Virus record (IMG/VR): IMGVR_UViG_3300017751_000049
Coordinates: 1 to 41,049 of that record
DNA: 41,049 bases
Source of the DNA: a virus
Lineage: Duplodnaviria > Caudoviricetes
Strand: one strand, 5' to 3'
The notes under the pieces were generated by a model. The model saw nothing but the letters and a program-made list of their open reading frames with translations, was not told the DNA's origin and did not search any database. The translations under genes were made by a program, and so were the position numbers. Positions 10,601-20,771 of this stretch are shown here, piece by piece (within the stretch, counting starts at the first letter, position 1; every line of letters starts with the position of its first letter).

Positions 10601-12446
10601 AACAACTACAGTTGATATTACAAGTACTGGAACAATAACAGCAGACAGTTTTACAAATAACGTAATATTAATTGATAACAACACAATTGAAACTACAACA
10701 GCTGATACCGACCTTGTATTAACTGCAAACGGTACAGGCATTATTAGTGTACCTAGTACAGATGTTGAAATAACACAAGACCTTACAGTAAGTGGAACAA
10801 CTAGTTTAGCAGATACTAATATTACTGGAACACTTACACACATAGGTAACACAACACAAACAGGTAACTTTATACAAGTTGGTAACCTTGATGTAACTGG
10901 AAACTTTACAGTTTCAAGTACAGCACAGTTTGAAAATATTGAAATTAACGACAACTATATTACTACAACAGATACAAACAGTGATTTAGAATTACGTGCA
11001 AGTGGTACAGGAAAAGTTATAATACCAAGTAATAATGTTTATATTACAGGTAGTGCAGAAGTAATAGGTACGTTAACTGTTGCTACTTTAAATAGTACAG
11101 ATACAATTACAGCAAGTAGTTTTAGTACAGGACAAATTAGTGTTTTTGACAACGTAATTGAAACTGTAGCAAACGATGATAATTTAGTATTACAAGCTAA
11201 TGGCACAGGTGAAATTTTTATTCCAACTAATGATGTTGTTATTAATAACGATCTTACAGTTAACGGTTTAACTACACTAGGCGATACAACAATAGTTGGA
11301 ACTGTTACACATACTGGTAATACAACACAAACAGGTAATATTGATTTAACTGGTAATTTAAATGTACTTGGTGACTTTGATGTTACTGGAGCATTCCAGT
11401 TTGAAAATATTTTAATAGATGATAATATTATTACAACTACTGAATCTAACAGTGACTTAGAACTTAGAGGTAATGGAACAGGTTCAATATTTTTACCAAG
11501 TAATGACCTTATTGTAACAAACAACCTTACAGTTGACGGAACATTAACTGTAGGCGATGTAGTTAGTGTAGGCACAATTACATCAAACAACTTTACTACT
11601 GGTGATATATTAGTAGATGATAATTTTATTAAAACTACAAATAGTAACAGTAATTTAGAATTAATTGCAAATGGCACAGGTAATATTTTACTTGAAAACT
11701 TTACACTTGACAGCAATCAAATTACAGTATCAAGTGCTGATTTACAAATTAATTCAGGCAATAACAGTGTTGTATTTGAAGGTACAGGCGAAGTTGTAAT
11801 ACCAGCAGGTACAACAGCACAGCGAACAGACACTACTGGCTCAATTAGATGGAATTCAGAAACAAATATATTTGAAGGCTACAATGGGTCAAGTTGGATA
11901 CAATTACATGGTGTACAAGATTTAGACGGTAATACTAAAGTAACTGCTGAATTAACTGAAGGTGCTAATGATGATACTATTAGGTTTACAGTTGCAGGAA
12001 CAGTAGTTGCAGACTTAGATGCAAACAGATTAAATGTAGAAAAACTACTCGTAGATGACATCCAAGTTGATGGTAATTTGATAAGTACAATAACAGCTGA
12101 TACTGACTTACAACTATCTGCTAACGGCACTGGATCTGTTAACTTTGAAAACTTTGGATTTAAAGAAAATAGATTAACAAACACTGTAGCTGATAGCAAT
12201 ATGGTATTTGAAACACAAGGTACTGGCTACTATGAATTTGTTGATCCTTATGGTATTGTTTTACCAGTAGGTGATAACTCAACAAGACCCGCAGGGGTTA
12301 CAGGTATGGTACGTTATAACTCAGCAGATGCTAGAGTTGAATTGTACGATGGAACAAGTTGGGTATCAGTAGCAGGTTCATCAGGGGGCATTAGTTTTGC
12401 AGATGCTGAAAATATTGCAATTGAGAAAGTATTAATATTTGGATAA
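7686..12446 (+). CDS. Giant tail-fibre-like protein A' (1586 aa), paralog of 2991..7529
   Basis: Near-identical N-terminus (GRISGPLL), shared SRSPYI, DAGKG, SMLFHS-TFITPGVD and EWLNSF-YFANRG blocks, repeated LELRANGTG shaft units, C-terminal EKVLIFG. Confidence 0.78.
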   Translation: MSALGRISGPLLKSNLIRNGIDLAFETDLLYLDVNNQKVGIKTTAPTHELQVNGTAQTTNLIVDNIAEIGNVTISGTTISSNQPYLNLGTFDNIVYQNKLRVDDIEIEGNVISTNTSNSNLELRPNGTGTVEVLGSMNVDGNIHATGNISADGNITIGDADTDNVVFNAEVASNIIPDLNNTYSLGSDPATGGKKWADVWVNNLNASNVIADDIQVDGLDLTLRQGNIWYVAENGDNTRSGDHIQAPVASLKYALDNLATAGDTVFIFPGVYTEEFPLTVPQGVAVKGQGIRSVNIKPTTATRYNDAFLLNGESTVEDLTISDYYSGGVFHDTTAASAGSATLNVGTAPFAHTYVSGGTITFGGNDYAISNAVYTHGTGQLVITHAGPDAGVGTSTFIKDIVFSCNGGNRTFPDNGYAFRFATDFEVTSRSPYIKNITAITKGSVITAEDPRGFNAGDAGKGPYVDGAYATANSKEASMLFHSCTFITPGVDGLTATNGARIEWLNSFTYFANRGLNAFDSNDGLKGAGKTRVRVSGITNGPIVASGQNVVFTSTDSSTVITKQLVAVEGSNSDVLVFAGKQTDFIGFDTTPTSIAIGGSTTATTIENVDLQDFGAEVRMIGSASVYGNEGLVGDGEGVLVYAIGHNLAYIGNGKEITNDPGTVIQANEVVESNGAKIRYNSVDHKGDFRVGDLFKVDQENGTVDFAVSEFTINTTDGVTFNTGGNTTFIDGNKIETGNWRISGNTIETLSGDGNFTAQSNQINLNSNVDITGNLDVTGNVTIGGNLTLGDDATDTISIVAGITSNLVPDITDTFSLGTASKVWSNLFVTEAEINDIEIRDNFIRTTVTNADLELRANGTGKILVPNNNVQIDNDLTVAGTTTLGNTTIVGTVTHTGNTTQTGDYSVTGDTTVSQSLSVGASAQFEEILIDDNYITTTSTNAPLELRASGTGIISVPSNNVILSNDLTVNGLTTTVDITSTGTITADSFTNNVILIDNNTIETTTADTDLVLTANGTGIISVPSTDVEITQDLTVSGTTSLADTNITGTLTHIGNTTQTGNFIQVGNLDVTGNFTVSSTAQFENIEINDNYITTTDTNSDLELRASGTGKVIIPSNNVYITGSAEVIGTLTVATLNSTDTITASSFSTGQISVFDNVIETVANDDNLVLQANGTGEIFIPTNDVVINNDLTVNGLTTLGDTTIVGTVTHTGNTTQTGNIDLTGNLNVLGDFDVTGAFQFENILIDDNIITTTESNSDLELRGNGTGSIFLPSNDLIVTNNLTVDGTLTVGDVVSVGTITSNNFTTGDILVDDNFIKTTNSNSNLELIANGTGNILLENFTLDSNQITVSSADLQINSGNNSVVFEGTGEVVIPAGTTAQRTDTTGSIRWNSETNIFEGYNGSSWIQLHGVQDLDGNTKVTAELTEGANDDTIRFTVAGTVVADLDANRLNVEKLLVDDIQVDGNLISTITADTDLQLSANGTGSVNFENFGFKENRLTNTVADSNMVFETQGTGYYEFVDPYGIVLPVGDNSTRPAGVTGMVRYNSADARVELYDGTSWVSVAGSSGGISFADAENIAIEKVLIFG
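10180..11720 (+). repeat. Protein-level tandem repeats of the fibre shaft (...DNxITTT...DLELRA[N/S]GTG...NDLTVxG...)
   Basis: Seven x[A/G][N/S]GTG-containing units in this span, of alternating longer and shorter length. An equivalent array lies at about 5270-6760 in the paralog. Confidence 0.75.
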
Positions 12447-12452
12447 GAAAAC

Positions 12453-12782
12453 ATGGCAACACTATTAAAAAATACAGTAATTAAAAATTGCGGAACGCAA
12501 CCAGTGTTAATTTATGAAACACTGCCCACTACTCGAGTAACTGTGTTAGGATTAAGTTTTACTAACCTAACAGATAAGTTCGTGTACGTTGATGTTATAA
12601 TTGAAGATGATACAAGTGTTGCAGGTTATTATCTAAAAGATTCTATTTTACCAGCAGGTACAAGTTTACGTGCTGTGTCAACAGGTGAAAAATTAGTTCT
12701 TGCGCCAAGTAATAGATTGCTTGTGAGGTCAAGTTTAGATGATTCAGTTGACGTTATTGTTAGTTACGTGGAGATTACATAA
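12453..12782 (+). CDS. Small beta-sandwich virion connector-like protein, paralog 2 (109 aa)
   Basis: LPAGTSL...EKLVLAPSNRL...SYVEIT, similar to 1773..2138. Confidence 0.65.
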   Translation: MATLLKNTVIKNCGTQPVLIYETLPTTRVTVLGLSFTNLTDKFVYVDVIIEDDTSVAGYYLKDSILPAGTSLRAVSTGEKLVLAPSNRLLVRSSLDDSVDVIVSYVEIT

Positions 12783-13225
12783 TGAGTTACTATATTGGTA
12801 CTAGTCCAAGTGAAGTACAATCAGGTTTTATTAAACGTTATTTCTACGGACTTAGAAGAAACGATGATGGAGAACTATTTTTAGTAGTTGTCGATCAACT
12901 TAGAGGCGGCGACGAAAATGTTGTTATTATTAACGACTTAGGTGTTGCTGAAGATAACTATCCGGATTTTGAAGAAGGTATTGATGTACTTGACGGAATT
13001 GATATTAATAAAGATGTTTTGTATCCAAACTTACGTTACCCACAATTTAAGTTTGACAACAGATCATTATTATATTATATTGATCCAGAGACTGGATTCT
13101 TTATACAAAGAATTTCTGAAGCATACGCTTATCCAGAGAAAATTTCAAGTCCAGCTTACGGTGACGGAGCAGACGATAATGTGTTAGTGACAGGCGAAAG
13201 CAGTAGTCAAGGTGTGGGATACTAA
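12782..13225 (+). CDS. Hypothetical virion-associated protein (147 aa) with Gly/Ser C-terminal tail ending GVGY
   Basis: TAATG stop-start overlap with the previous gene; lies in the structural operon. Confidence 0.7.
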   Translation: MSYYIGTSPSEVQSGFIKRYFYGLRRNDDGELFLVVVDQLRGGDENVVIINDLGVAEDNYPDFEEGIDVLDGIDINKDVLYPNLRYPQFKFDNRSLLYYIDPETGFFIQRISEAYAYPEKISSPAYGDGADDNVLVTGESSSQGVGY

Positions 13226-13236
13226 AGGAAAAATAA

Positions 13237-16200
13237 ATGGCAGAGTTTAAGTTAGATAGGTTTAAGTATAACTGGCGAGGTGACTGGGTAGCTGGCACCG
13301 AATATACCAGAGATGACATTATACGATTAAATGGTCGTAGTTATGTTTGTGTAAAATCACATATTGGTAGTGCAGTTTTTGCAGATGATTTAGAAGCAAT
13401 ACTTCCTAATTCAAATCCACCACAACCTCAGCCTAGATGGGTTGTAATGACAGCATCTAAATATTTTTATGGTGCATGGGCAACAGGTATTGCATATAAC
13501 ATTAGTGATGTTGTACTATTTGGCGGAACGCTTTGGGAATGTACACAAAGTCACATATCAGCTACCTTTGAAGATAACGAAGAAAAATGGAAAATATTTG
13601 CAAGACATATATCTTACCAAAAAGAGTGGGCTGTTGGAGTAAATTATGGCTACGGAGCTTTATTAAAATATAACGGTAATGTATGGAAATGTATTAAACC
13701 ACATACAAGTCAAACTAATTTAGAAGACAACCAAGATGCTTGGGAATTATTTATTGACGGTATTGAATACAGAGGCGACTTTATTGATACAACTGAATAT
13801 AGAAAAAATGACTTAGTACGTTATGGTGGTTCAATATTCCGTTGTACAGAAACACATACAAGTTTATCTACACTCGACGACACAAAATTTACATTAGAAT
13901 TTCCAGGTAACCAATATAGTGGTGTATGGGGAAATACTATTGCATACAATCAAGGTGACATTGTACAGTATGGTGGATTTTTATGGTATGCAGAAAGAAA
14001 CAGCATAGACCAAAATCCTACAAACAGTGGAGATAGTACATTAAACTGGACTGTTCTTGCTAAAACTTCTTCCTTTGTAGGACAATGGGAAACAGATGGA
14101 ATTTATAAGCCAGGAGAGATTGTACAGCGTGGCGGTAATTTACTTATGGCACTTACTGACGTTGGCGGATCAAGAGGTGACGACAGCGCAAAAGATTACT
14201 TAGATAATACACTATGGGAAATGGTTGTATCAGGTAAGAACAATAGAAGTAGTTGGGTACCAAATGTTTTATATAGTCAAAACGATGTTGTAAACTATTT
14301 AGGTACTTCGTGGACTTGTACTGAAGAACATATGTCAGCCGCTAATAACTATCCCGGTGACAATGGATCAGGGTATGATTATTGGGACGTTCTTATTCAA
14401 GCAGGACTTGAAGGTGGACTTAGAGCCAAGGGCGACTTATTAACATACGGATTAAAAGATGAATTAACAAAAGGTGACGGTAGTACATTTGGTGACACTG
14501 CTGTTCCAATTGGCACACAAACTACTGACTTTTTAAGTGTAACTTCAGACAATGAAATATTTTGGAGAACACTGTCAGGCGATACTGATACATTGTATGT
14601 TGCTGAAAATGGAGTAGATGATCCAGGTAGAGGAACAAGCGTAACTAATCCGTTTAGAACTGTGCGTTATGCTTGCGAATACATTGAAGATAATTTAGAT
14701 GGAAAACTAGCAAGAGTACAAGTTGCAACAGGAACATTTTACGAATCAGGACCAATAATTATTCCTGCAAAAACTGTTGTAATGGGAGACGAACTACGTG
14801 CAACTGTTGTAGCGGCAACAGGACCAGATCCACGCTACGCCGGCGACATTGAATTTGCAAGAGATTACTTATTACGTACTAAGCAATGGTTAGAAATGAT
14901 ATTGGTTAATACAAGTATTGAAGATGAAATTGCAGAAGGTAATACGCTATCACAAGTTTTAAATTTACCTCCCTCAGGACAAACAGCAATTAACCAAGTA
15001 AATCAATTAATTGATAACTGGCAAAACTATGTAGAATATCAAGTAGACGGTGGCGAAATTGTTGTTGACGTAACAGGTAGTAATACAGCGGCAACAGCGG
15101 CACAAATGATAAACGCGGCGGCAATATTAAATGCAAATAAAGAATTTATAGCATGCCAAGTTGCGTACTATATTGTTGGTCGATATCCAGATGAAACATT
15201 TAGCATTAACAGATTAAAAAATGATGTAAGAAGTTTAATTAGAGGCGTAGTTAGAGATATTTCTTTCTCAGGAAACTATGCAACAATACAGTCGGCTAGA
15301 AGATATGTAGGCTATGTAAACGGATCACAATTAACAGATTTATTTTACTGTAGAGACACTACTGGTTTAAGACAAATGACTATATCAGGCTTACTAGGAG
15401 GACTAAATCCTCCAGGTGTGTTTGACTTATATCAAAGACCAACCGGTGGTGCATGTGTTAGTCTTGATCCAGGTTGGGGTCCAGATGATGAACGTACATG
15501 GATTAAAAATAGATCACCTTATATTCAAGGCGTAACAAATATTGGCGCACGTTGTGTAGGTATGAAAGTAGACGGTGCATTGCACAATGGTGGTAATAAG
15601 TCTATGACAGCAAACGACTTTACGCAAGTACTAAGTGACGGCATTGGAGCATGGATTGCAAATAATGCTAGAGCAGAACTTGTATCAGTGTTTACGTATT
15701 ATAATCAAGTTGGATACTTAGCTGAAAATGGCGGAGTAATGAGAGCTACAAACGGTAACAACTCATATGGTAGTTTTGGTAGTGTTGCAGATGGTAACGA
15801 TCCAAACGAAGTTCCAGAACCTGTAACAGTAAACAATAGAAAAAATCATGCGTTAGTTGGCGAAGCATTTGCAGGTGGATCAAATGACCATTTGTTTGTG
15901 TATGAATTTACAAATTCTGGTGCAAATTATACTAATGCAACAAGTACTATTGTTGGTGCAGGTGATGATGCTGAAGTAGAATTTACAGACTTTAGATCTA
16001 AAGCATTATCAGAAGCAAGACTTATAAACACTAAAGGATCAGGCTCAGAAGGCGGAGCAGGATATCTAGTTAGACAAGGTAGTGCGCAGATTACAACTGA
16101 TGCATCTAATACAATACGACTATCAGCAACAGATCCAACACAGTTTTTGAGTGAAATTGAAGGTATGCGAATTATTATTACTTCTGGTACAGGATCAGGA

Positions 16201-18747
16201 CAGTATGGATATATTGTAAACTTTGATGCTGTAACAAGAGATGTAACTGTAAGAAGAGATTCCGACGGTGAGTTAGGATGGGATCATATTGTTGCAGGTA
16301 CCCCTCCAGAAGCGGCCTTTGATTCAACAGCTAGATATAGAATTGAACCTAGAGTTACAACAACTGAGCCAGAGTATCTAACATTTCCTGCTACACTACA
16401 AGCAGACACAGATTATCAAGATATTATTTTTAGTGGTACACGAAACATCTTTAATAACGTTGCAGTAGGAACAGGTACAGGTGAAACATTTGATGACGAT
16501 CCTGCGGCCGCAACATTTAACATAACAAGAGTTGATAGAGATTACGAATTAGTATTAAGTTTGCCAGGTAGAGGTTATGCTGTTGGCGATCAGTTTATTA
16601 TTGAAGGAACTGATTTAGATGGTGTATCACCAGATAATGATCTTGCAATTACAATTACTGAAGTATCAGATGATAGTTCGTCAAGTATTGTTGACTATAG
16701 TTTTGAAGGTAGAGGACGTAAAGGTCGTTGGATGACTATTGCTGATCCTAATGTAGCTTCATATAGTGATGATGGTATTAACTTTACACAAGAACTATTA
16801 GGCTTTACTGGAACTTGGGAAACTATTGTAGCAGGTAAAGATAGATTTGTTGCTATTGCTAGGAACGATAATAGAATAGCGTTTACGTTTACAGGCGAGT
16901 CTTGGACAACTAGAGCATTGCCAATGACAGAAGATTGGATTGATGGAGCATACGGTAATGATACATTTGTTATTGTATCACAAAGTTCAAATAATATAGC
17001 ATACAGTGCAGACGGTTTAACTTGGTCAGCATCTGATATACCTGATCAAGGATCAGGTGACTCTTCAACAATCAAATGGGATAAGGTCACATACGGTAAT
17101 GGTAAATTCGTTGCTGTATCAAGTAACTTTACTGATGTTGCATATAGTTCAGATGGTATTACATGGACTCGTGTAGAACAAGCAATAGACCAAAATACAA
17201 ACTGGGATATTATTGGATTAGAATATGGTAATAATAGATTCCTTGTACTATCTAGTAACGGATATATTACATATAGTTTTGATGCTGTAACATGGTACTT
17301 AGGAGATAGAATTTTCCCAGAAGGATTAAGTACTCAAAACAATACTTTTAACTTTACAAAACTAAGATTTAGCCAAGGTGTGTTTGCGGCGATTGGCCAA
17401 CAAGCGACATATGAACCTAATGTAGACGACATGGTTGAAGATGATATTGATTATTACTTTACTACTGAATATGGTACTGCTTGGACTGTTAGAAACTTTG
17501 CTAACGCTGGCAAATGGAGAGCAATGGCAGGAACAGGTGTTGATTCAGAAGACAGACCGTTATGGCAGTTCTTAGCAAACACAGCGTCAAATGGTAGACA
17601 GAAAATATACTTAGGTAAAAAAGCATTTGTAAGAGCTGACGTATTCCAAGGAATATTTAGATCTCTAAAGATATGGGATCCGGGTAGTGGTTACACAGGC
17701 GATATGACTATTGATGTTACAGATACACAGTATACAACTGCTGTAGAATTTGAACAACGATTTAATAATGGTGTGTTAGCACAGCCTGACTTTGTAAACA
17801 GAGGTGCAGGTTATAGAACTTCAACATCTACTATTACTATAACAGGTAACGGATATGCTGAAATTACTCCAGACGATAATACACTAACATTAGATGGCAT
17901 TGGCATTATTCCAGGACCTGGTGTACAAATTAGAATTAACGGAATCTTAGATGAAGAAACTGAAGACCCAGATGATTTAAAATTATTTGTTGGTGTTACA
18001 GCAACAGACTTAGGCGATGACGGTTCAGGTAACAATACAAGAACTGTAAGATTTTCAGTTAATCCTAGATTAAGAAATGAAAATAATTTAGCACACAACA
18101 CAGGTGCAACAATAAGAAGAAACTATTCACAATGTCGTATTTCAGGACATGACTTCCTAGATATTGGTACAGGAAATTTTGAAGAAACAAACTATCCTGC
18201 ATTATATGCTGGCGGAGCATATTTTACAAGTGCTCCTGAAAATGAAGTACAAGAACTAAATGGTGGTAGAGTGTTCTATGTAAGTACAGACCAAGATGGT
18301 AACTTTAGAGCAGGTGAATTATTTGCTGTTGAGCAGGCTACTGGTATTGTTACAATTAGTGCCCAGTTCTTTGACCTAGACGGACTTAGTGAATTAGCAC
18401 TTGGTGGTGTTAGATTAGGTGGTTCAGGTGCTGTTGTTAGAGAATTTAGTACAGATCCAACGTTCTCAGAAGATAGTAACAACGTTGTTCCAACACAGAA
18501 AGCTATTGCAACATTCTTAGCAGATAGATTATCAGTTGGTGGTGAGAACTTAGAAACAAACGCATTTGTAGCAGGTCGAGTTAGAGTTGGTACAGATAAA
18601 AACGAATTAAATATGACAGATGATAGTTACTTGAACTTTAACGTTCCTGTAGTGTTTGATGGTGCTGATCTTACAGGTAGAGAAATAGGTATAGATGGTA
18701 CTATTATTAGTCAAATGTTATTTTTGAGAAATATAACAGAGCAATAA
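13237..18747 (+). CDS. Giant virion fibre/adhesin protein B (1836 aa): 7 CBM5/12-like repeats, beta-helix region, BNR/Asp-box propeller
   Basis: Seven W-x5-Y-x3-D-x-V-x-Y-x-G repeats at the N-terminus, YVAENGVD...PFRTVRYA...GDELR, and Asp-box repeats YSDDGINF, YSADGLTW, YSSDGITW, YSFDAVTW. AAGGA RBS. Confidence 0.75.
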   Translation: MAEFKLDRFKYNWRGDWVAGTEYTRDDIIRLNGRSYVCVKSHIGSAVFADDLEAILPNSNPPQPQPRWVVMTASKYFYGAWATGIAYNISDVVLFGGTLWECTQSHISATFEDNEEKWKIFARHISYQKEWAVGVNYGYGALLKYNGNVWKCIKPHTSQTNLEDNQDAWELFIDGIEYRGDFIDTTEYRKNDLVRYGGSIFRCTETHTSLSTLDDTKFTLEFPGNQYSGVWGNTIAYNQGDIVQYGGFLWYAERNSIDQNPTNSGDSTLNWTVLAKTSSFVGQWETDGIYKPGEIVQRGGNLLMALTDVGGSRGDDSAKDYLDNTLWEMVVSGKNNRSSWVPNVLYSQNDVVNYLGTSWTCTEEHMSAANNYPGDNGSGYDYWDVLIQAGLEGGLRAKGDLLTYGLKDELTKGDGSTFGDTAVPIGTQTTDFLSVTSDNEIFWRTLSGDTDTLYVAENGVDDPGRGTSVTNPFRTVRYACEYIEDNLDGKLARVQVATGTFYESGPIIIPAKTVVMGDELRATVVAATGPDPRYAGDIEFARDYLLRTKQWLEMILVNTSIEDEIAEGNTLSQVLNLPPSGQTAINQVNQLIDNWQNYVEYQVDGGEIVVDVTGSNTAATAAQMINAAAILNANKEFIACQVAYYIVGRYPDETFSINRLKNDVRSLIRGVVRDISFSGNYATIQSARRYVGYVNGSQLTDLFYCRDTTGLRQMTISGLLGGLNPPGVFDLYQRPTGGACVSLDPGWGPDDERTWIKNRSPYIQGVTNIGARCVGMKVDGALHNGGNKSMTANDFTQVLSDGIGAWIANNARAELVSVFTYYNQVGYLAENGGVMRATNGNNSYGSFGSVADGNDPNEVPEPVTVNNRKNHALVGEAFAGGSNDHLFVYEFTNSGANYTNATSTIVGAGDDAEVEFTDFRSKALSEARLINTKGSGSEGGAGYLVRQGSAQITTDASNTIRLSATDPTQFLSEIEGMRIIITSGTGSGQYGYIVNFDAVTRDVTVRRDSDGELGWDHIVAGTPPEAAFDSTARYRIEPRVTTTEPEYLTFPATLQADTDYQDIIFSGTRNIFNNVAVGTGTGETFDDDPAAATFNITRVDRDYELVLSLPGRGYAVGDQFIIEGTDLDGVSPDNDLAITITEVSDDSSSSIVDYSFEGRGRKGRWMTIADPNVASYSDDGINFTQELLGFTGTWETIVAGKDRFVAIARNDNRIAFTFTGESWTTRALPMTEDWIDGAYGNDTFVIVSQSSNNIAYSADGLTWSASDIPDQGSGDSSTIKWDKVTYGNGKFVAVSSNFTDVAYSSDGITWTRVEQAIDQNTNWDIIGLEYGNNRFLVLSSNGYITYSFDAVTWYLGDRIFPEGLSTQNNTFNFTKLRFSQGVFAAIGQQATYEPNVDDMVEDDIDYYFTTEYGTAWTVRNFANAGKWRAMAGTGVDSEDRPLWQFLANTASNGRQKIYLGKKAFVRADVFQGIFRSLKIWDPGSGYTGDMTIDVTDTQYTTAVEFEQRFNNGVLAQPDFVNRGAGYRTSTSTITITGNGYAEITPDDNTLTLDGIGIIPGPGVQIRINGILDEETEDPDDLKLFVGVTATDLGDDGSGNNTRTVRFSVNPRLRNENNLAHNTGATIRRNYSQCRISGHDFLDIGTGNFEETNYPALYAGGAYFTSAPENEVQELNGGRVFYVSTDQDGNFRAGELFAVEQATGIVTISAQFFDLDGLSELALGGVRLGGSGAVVREFSTDPTFSEDSNNVVPTQKAIATFLADRLSVGGENLETNAFVAGRVRVGTDKNELNMTDDSYLNFNVPVVFDGADLTGREIGIDGTIISQMLFLRNITEQ
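13273..14394 (+). repeat. Seven aromatic-rich CBM5/12-like protein repeats
   Basis: WRGDW..., FYGAW..., YQKEW..., YRGDF..., YSGVW..., FVGQW..., NRSSW... units of about 45-60 aa. Confidence 0.7.
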
Positions 18748-18775
18748 TGAATTATAATACAGTATTTAAGATAAT

Positions 18776-18783
18776 GCTAAATA
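18776..18783 (+). promoter_or_regulatory. T4-like late promoter variant (GCTAAATA)
   Basis: TAAATA core in the intergenic gap upstream of the GGAG RBS and ATG 18804. Confidence 0.5.
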
Positions 18784-18803
18784 CAATATAACGGAGCAAT
18801 AAG

Positions 18804-20771
18804 ATGGCAGAATTTAAGTTAGGTAGAATTAGGTTTGTTTGGAAAAACGACTGGGCTACCTCTACAGTATATTATAAAGACGATGTAGTAGCATATGGTG
18901 GTAAAATATATATTACCGTTATTGGACACACATCCGCAAGTGACTTCTTTACTGACTTAGATATTGTTCCGAGCAAATGGAATTTAGTAAGTGATGGTCA
19001 AACTTGGAAAGGCGACTGGGCCCCACAAGAGAGATATAACCCAAATGATATTGTACGCTACGGACCAAGACTTTATATATGTCAAACTGTTCATACAAGT
19101 GCTCAAGACAGTACAATTGGACTTGAAGCAGACTTAGCAAACTGGGAATTATTTGCAGACGGATTAGAATTTAAAGGTGACTGGACAGCAGTTACAAATT
19201 ATAGAATTAACGATACAGTTAAGTACGGTGGTGCAACATATGTATGTACAGACGATCACACATCGTCTGCAACAGACGCACTTGGACTTGAAGCAGATTC
19301 GGATAAATGGTCATTATTAAATCAAGGATTTGATTGGAAACAAGAGTGGGCGGCCGCTACAAGATATAAAAAGAATGATGTTGTAAAATTTGGTGGTACA
19401 CTATGGATTGCAACAGCGTATCATACAGCTAGTGGCACATTTGGATTAGATTCAGCAAACTGGGAAAAGTTTGTTGAAGGTATTCAATATGAAGATAGAT
19501 GGTTACCAAACTCATTTTATCAACCAGGCGACATTGTACGCTACGGCGGCAATCAATATATTGCAAAAACAGATAACAACGCAAGTAGACCAACTACTAC
19601 AGCAGACTGGGATTTGTTTAGTTCAGGATTTAGATTTTTAGGCGACTGGAATGATGATTCAACTAATGAAGTTTATGAGCCAGGTGATGTAGTTCGCTTA
19701 GGTGGCTATACTTATAGATGTACAGTAGAACATTCTAATCAACAACCACCAAACGAAGATTACTGGGATAGAATGAACAGTGGCTTTGAATGGCGTAGTG
19801 AGTGGATGGATGACAGAGAATATTACTTAGGTGATATTGTACGTTACGGTGATAACTCATATGTATGTATTAAAGGACATATTTCAGAAGGCGACGACTA
19901 TTCATCACTAAGTTCAGGATCAGAAGGATCACGTCCAGACTTAGCAGATAGTGGACAGTTTTGGTCAGTTATGGCTATTGGTAGTGAATCAAGTGTACTT
20001 ACTACTAAAGGCGATATGGTTTATTATAGCGGTACAGCACCAACAAGATTGCCAATTGGACAAGATGGACAAATACTTACAGTAAGTAAAGAAGGAATTC
20101 CAAAATGGGAATTCTTAGGTAATCAAAATGATGTTTACTATGTTGCAGAACATGGACAAGATCTTCCAAGTCCAGTTTATGGAAAGAATTGGGATAGACC
20201 ATTTAAAACTATTCGTTATGCAACACAACAAATTGACAAAGGCGCAAAAGTTCCAAAAGCAAAACACTTGTTAGAATTAAATAGACGCTTTATACAAAGA
20301 GAGATTACTGAGTGGACAAAATATCAAGTTTCTCAAGGTACAGCACCATTTACAGTAAACTTTGACTTTGACACTAAAAAGTGTGAAAGAGATATGGGCT
20401 TACTAGTAGATGCATTTGTTTGGGATATTACACACGGTGGTAATGAAAGAACTAGAGAAGCGGCACTTGCATACATTAATGAAACTGTTGGGTCACCGTA
20501 CTTACAACAAAAAGCAGAAACAGTAGCAAGTATTACTTACGGTATGGGGCTAATACAAAATGTATTATCACAAACAGCACCAGCCGCAAACTATCAAACA
20601 CTAAATGGTGATAATTCAACTGCTATAGTTGAACAACACTTTATAACAGAATACGGAAATCAAGCAACAGTTGAGTACGAGGGCACAATATCAGGTACAT
20701 CAACAGGAGCAAGCGATTCATCCCCAGCCGATGGCAGCGGCGGAAATAATGCATACGGAGGAGGCTACTAA
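18804..20771 (+). CDS. Virion fibre protein B', N-terminal part (655 aa): 7 CBM5/12-like repeats and the start of the beta-helix region
   Basis: MAEFKL N-terminus identical to ORF 13237, seven W-x5-Y repeats, YYVAEHGQD...PFKTIRYA, one KCERD repeat, ends with a low-complexity GGGY tail. Confidence 0.75.
   Translation: MAEFKLGRIRFVWKNDWATSTVYYKDDVVAYGGKIYITVIGHTSASDFFTDLDIVPSKWNLVSDGQTWKGDWAPQERYNPNDIVRYGPRLYICQTVHTSAQDSTIGLEADLANWELFADGLEFKGDWTAVTNYRINDTVKYGGATYVCTDDHTSSATDALGLEADSDKWSLLNQGFDWKQEWAAATRYKKNDVVKFGGTLWIATAYHTASGTFGLDSANWEKFVEGIQYEDRWLPNSFYQPGDIVRYGGNQYIAKTDNNASRPTTTADWDLFSSGFRFLGDWNDDSTNEVYEPGDVVRLGGYTYRCTVEHSNQQPPNEDYWDRMNSGFEWRSEWMDDREYYLGDIVRYGDNSYVCIKGHISEGDDYSSLSSGSEGSRPDLADSGQFWSVMAIGSESSVLTTKGDMVYYSGTAPTRLPIGQDGQILTVSKEGIPKWEFLGNQNDVYYVAEHGQDLPSPVYGKNWDRPFKTIRYATQQIDKGAKVPKAKHLLELNRRFIQREITEWTKYQVSQGTAPFTVNFDFDTKKCERDMGLLVDAFVWDITHGGNERTREAALAYINETVGSPYLQQKAETVASITYGMGLIQNVLSQTAPAANYQTLNGDNSTAIVEQHFITEYGNQATVEYEGTISGTSTGASDSSPADGSGGNNAYGGGY

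Noticed and set aside
5270-11720. Periodic sequence that might be a CRISPR array or DNA tandem repeat
   Set aside because: The repeats are conserved at protein level with synonymous divergence inside open frames; there is no repeat-spacer structure.
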